From an uncultured delta proteobacterium (lineage in GTDB: Bacteria > Myxococcota_A > Polyangia > Polyangiales > Polyangiaceae): a stretch of DNA of 64,000 nt. The DNA lies in NCBI GenBank assembly GCA_963696385.1, contig CAVOKF010000007.1:1312001-1376000 (forward strand), given 5' to 3'. Position numbers and translations under genes: made by a program. The stretch's first letter is position 1. Each line of letters begins with the position of its first letter. Below the pieces are notes generated by a model, which saw only the letters and a list, made by a program, of their open reading frames with translations, was not told the DNA's origin and did no database searches. This document shows, in pieces, positions 63,564 through 64,000 of this stretch.

Positions 63564-64000
63564 CTTCAGCGGCGCCTTTGGAGTGATCCACTTCGGGTCA
63601 CCGAAGTGATCCACCCGTCGCGGGGATCGGGGTGTCAGCGGCGGCGGGATCGTGACCCACCCCTTGCTATCGGAAAGGGCGCGCGTCAGGGCCGGTGGCT
63701 CGCACCCGAGATGCTCGGCCGGGCGAAGGGGGGAACCGCCAAGACGCCGGTAGGACTCGCGAGCGCTCGGGCCCGCGGCTCAGTGCGGGAGTCCGGCTAT
63801 CAGAAGGTGTTGTCGTCGGTGGGATCGTGCGCGGGTGGCATCGCCGCTTCGCGGACGGCGTGGCGGTAGCGCCAGAGCGTTTCGCGCAAGGTGGCGGCCC
63901 TGCGGCAGATCGTGTGGGCGAGGAAGACGACAGGGCCTTGGTCGCGTGGCCTATGGAAGTCGTCGATGAGCGTCTGGTGCTCGGCCAAGAGCGCGTCGGC
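63564..64000 (-). mobile_element. Right end of a second, slightly diverged copy of IS21 element B (runs off the window)
   Basis: Reverse-complement match to ~39887-40323, including the accessory ORF tail AHDPTDDNTF. Confidence 0.93.

Overview
GC-rich bacterial DNA, most likely from a Polyangiaceae-type myxobacterium (inferred from MYXO-CTERM-like tails, a Ser/Thr kinase-PEGA-lipoprotein operon and Cys-rich FGE/C-type-lectin-fold lipoproteins). Positions 1-20 kb hold ordinary metabolic and envelope genes with several pseudogenes and two IS4 copies. Positions 20-40 kb are a mobile-element graveyard with four intact toxin-antitoxin modules and two unusual multi-gene IS21 elements. Positions 40-64 kb hold three FGE-domain paralogs, a previously unrecognised ~110-bp repeat family and four group II introns. 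The main result is a 'matryoshka' of introns at 58154-63563. A host intron is interrupted immediately after its YADD codons by one intron and inside its catalytic domain V by another, and an IS21 sits upstream of its ORF. The EBS1 loop of each invader is visibly complementary to the conserved site it occupies and mismatched to its own equivalent site. The host intron and a fourth intact intron both sit inside copies of the 110-bp repeat, and an empty copy preserves the predicted homing site. All family assignments come from motif recognition by eye; no searches were run.
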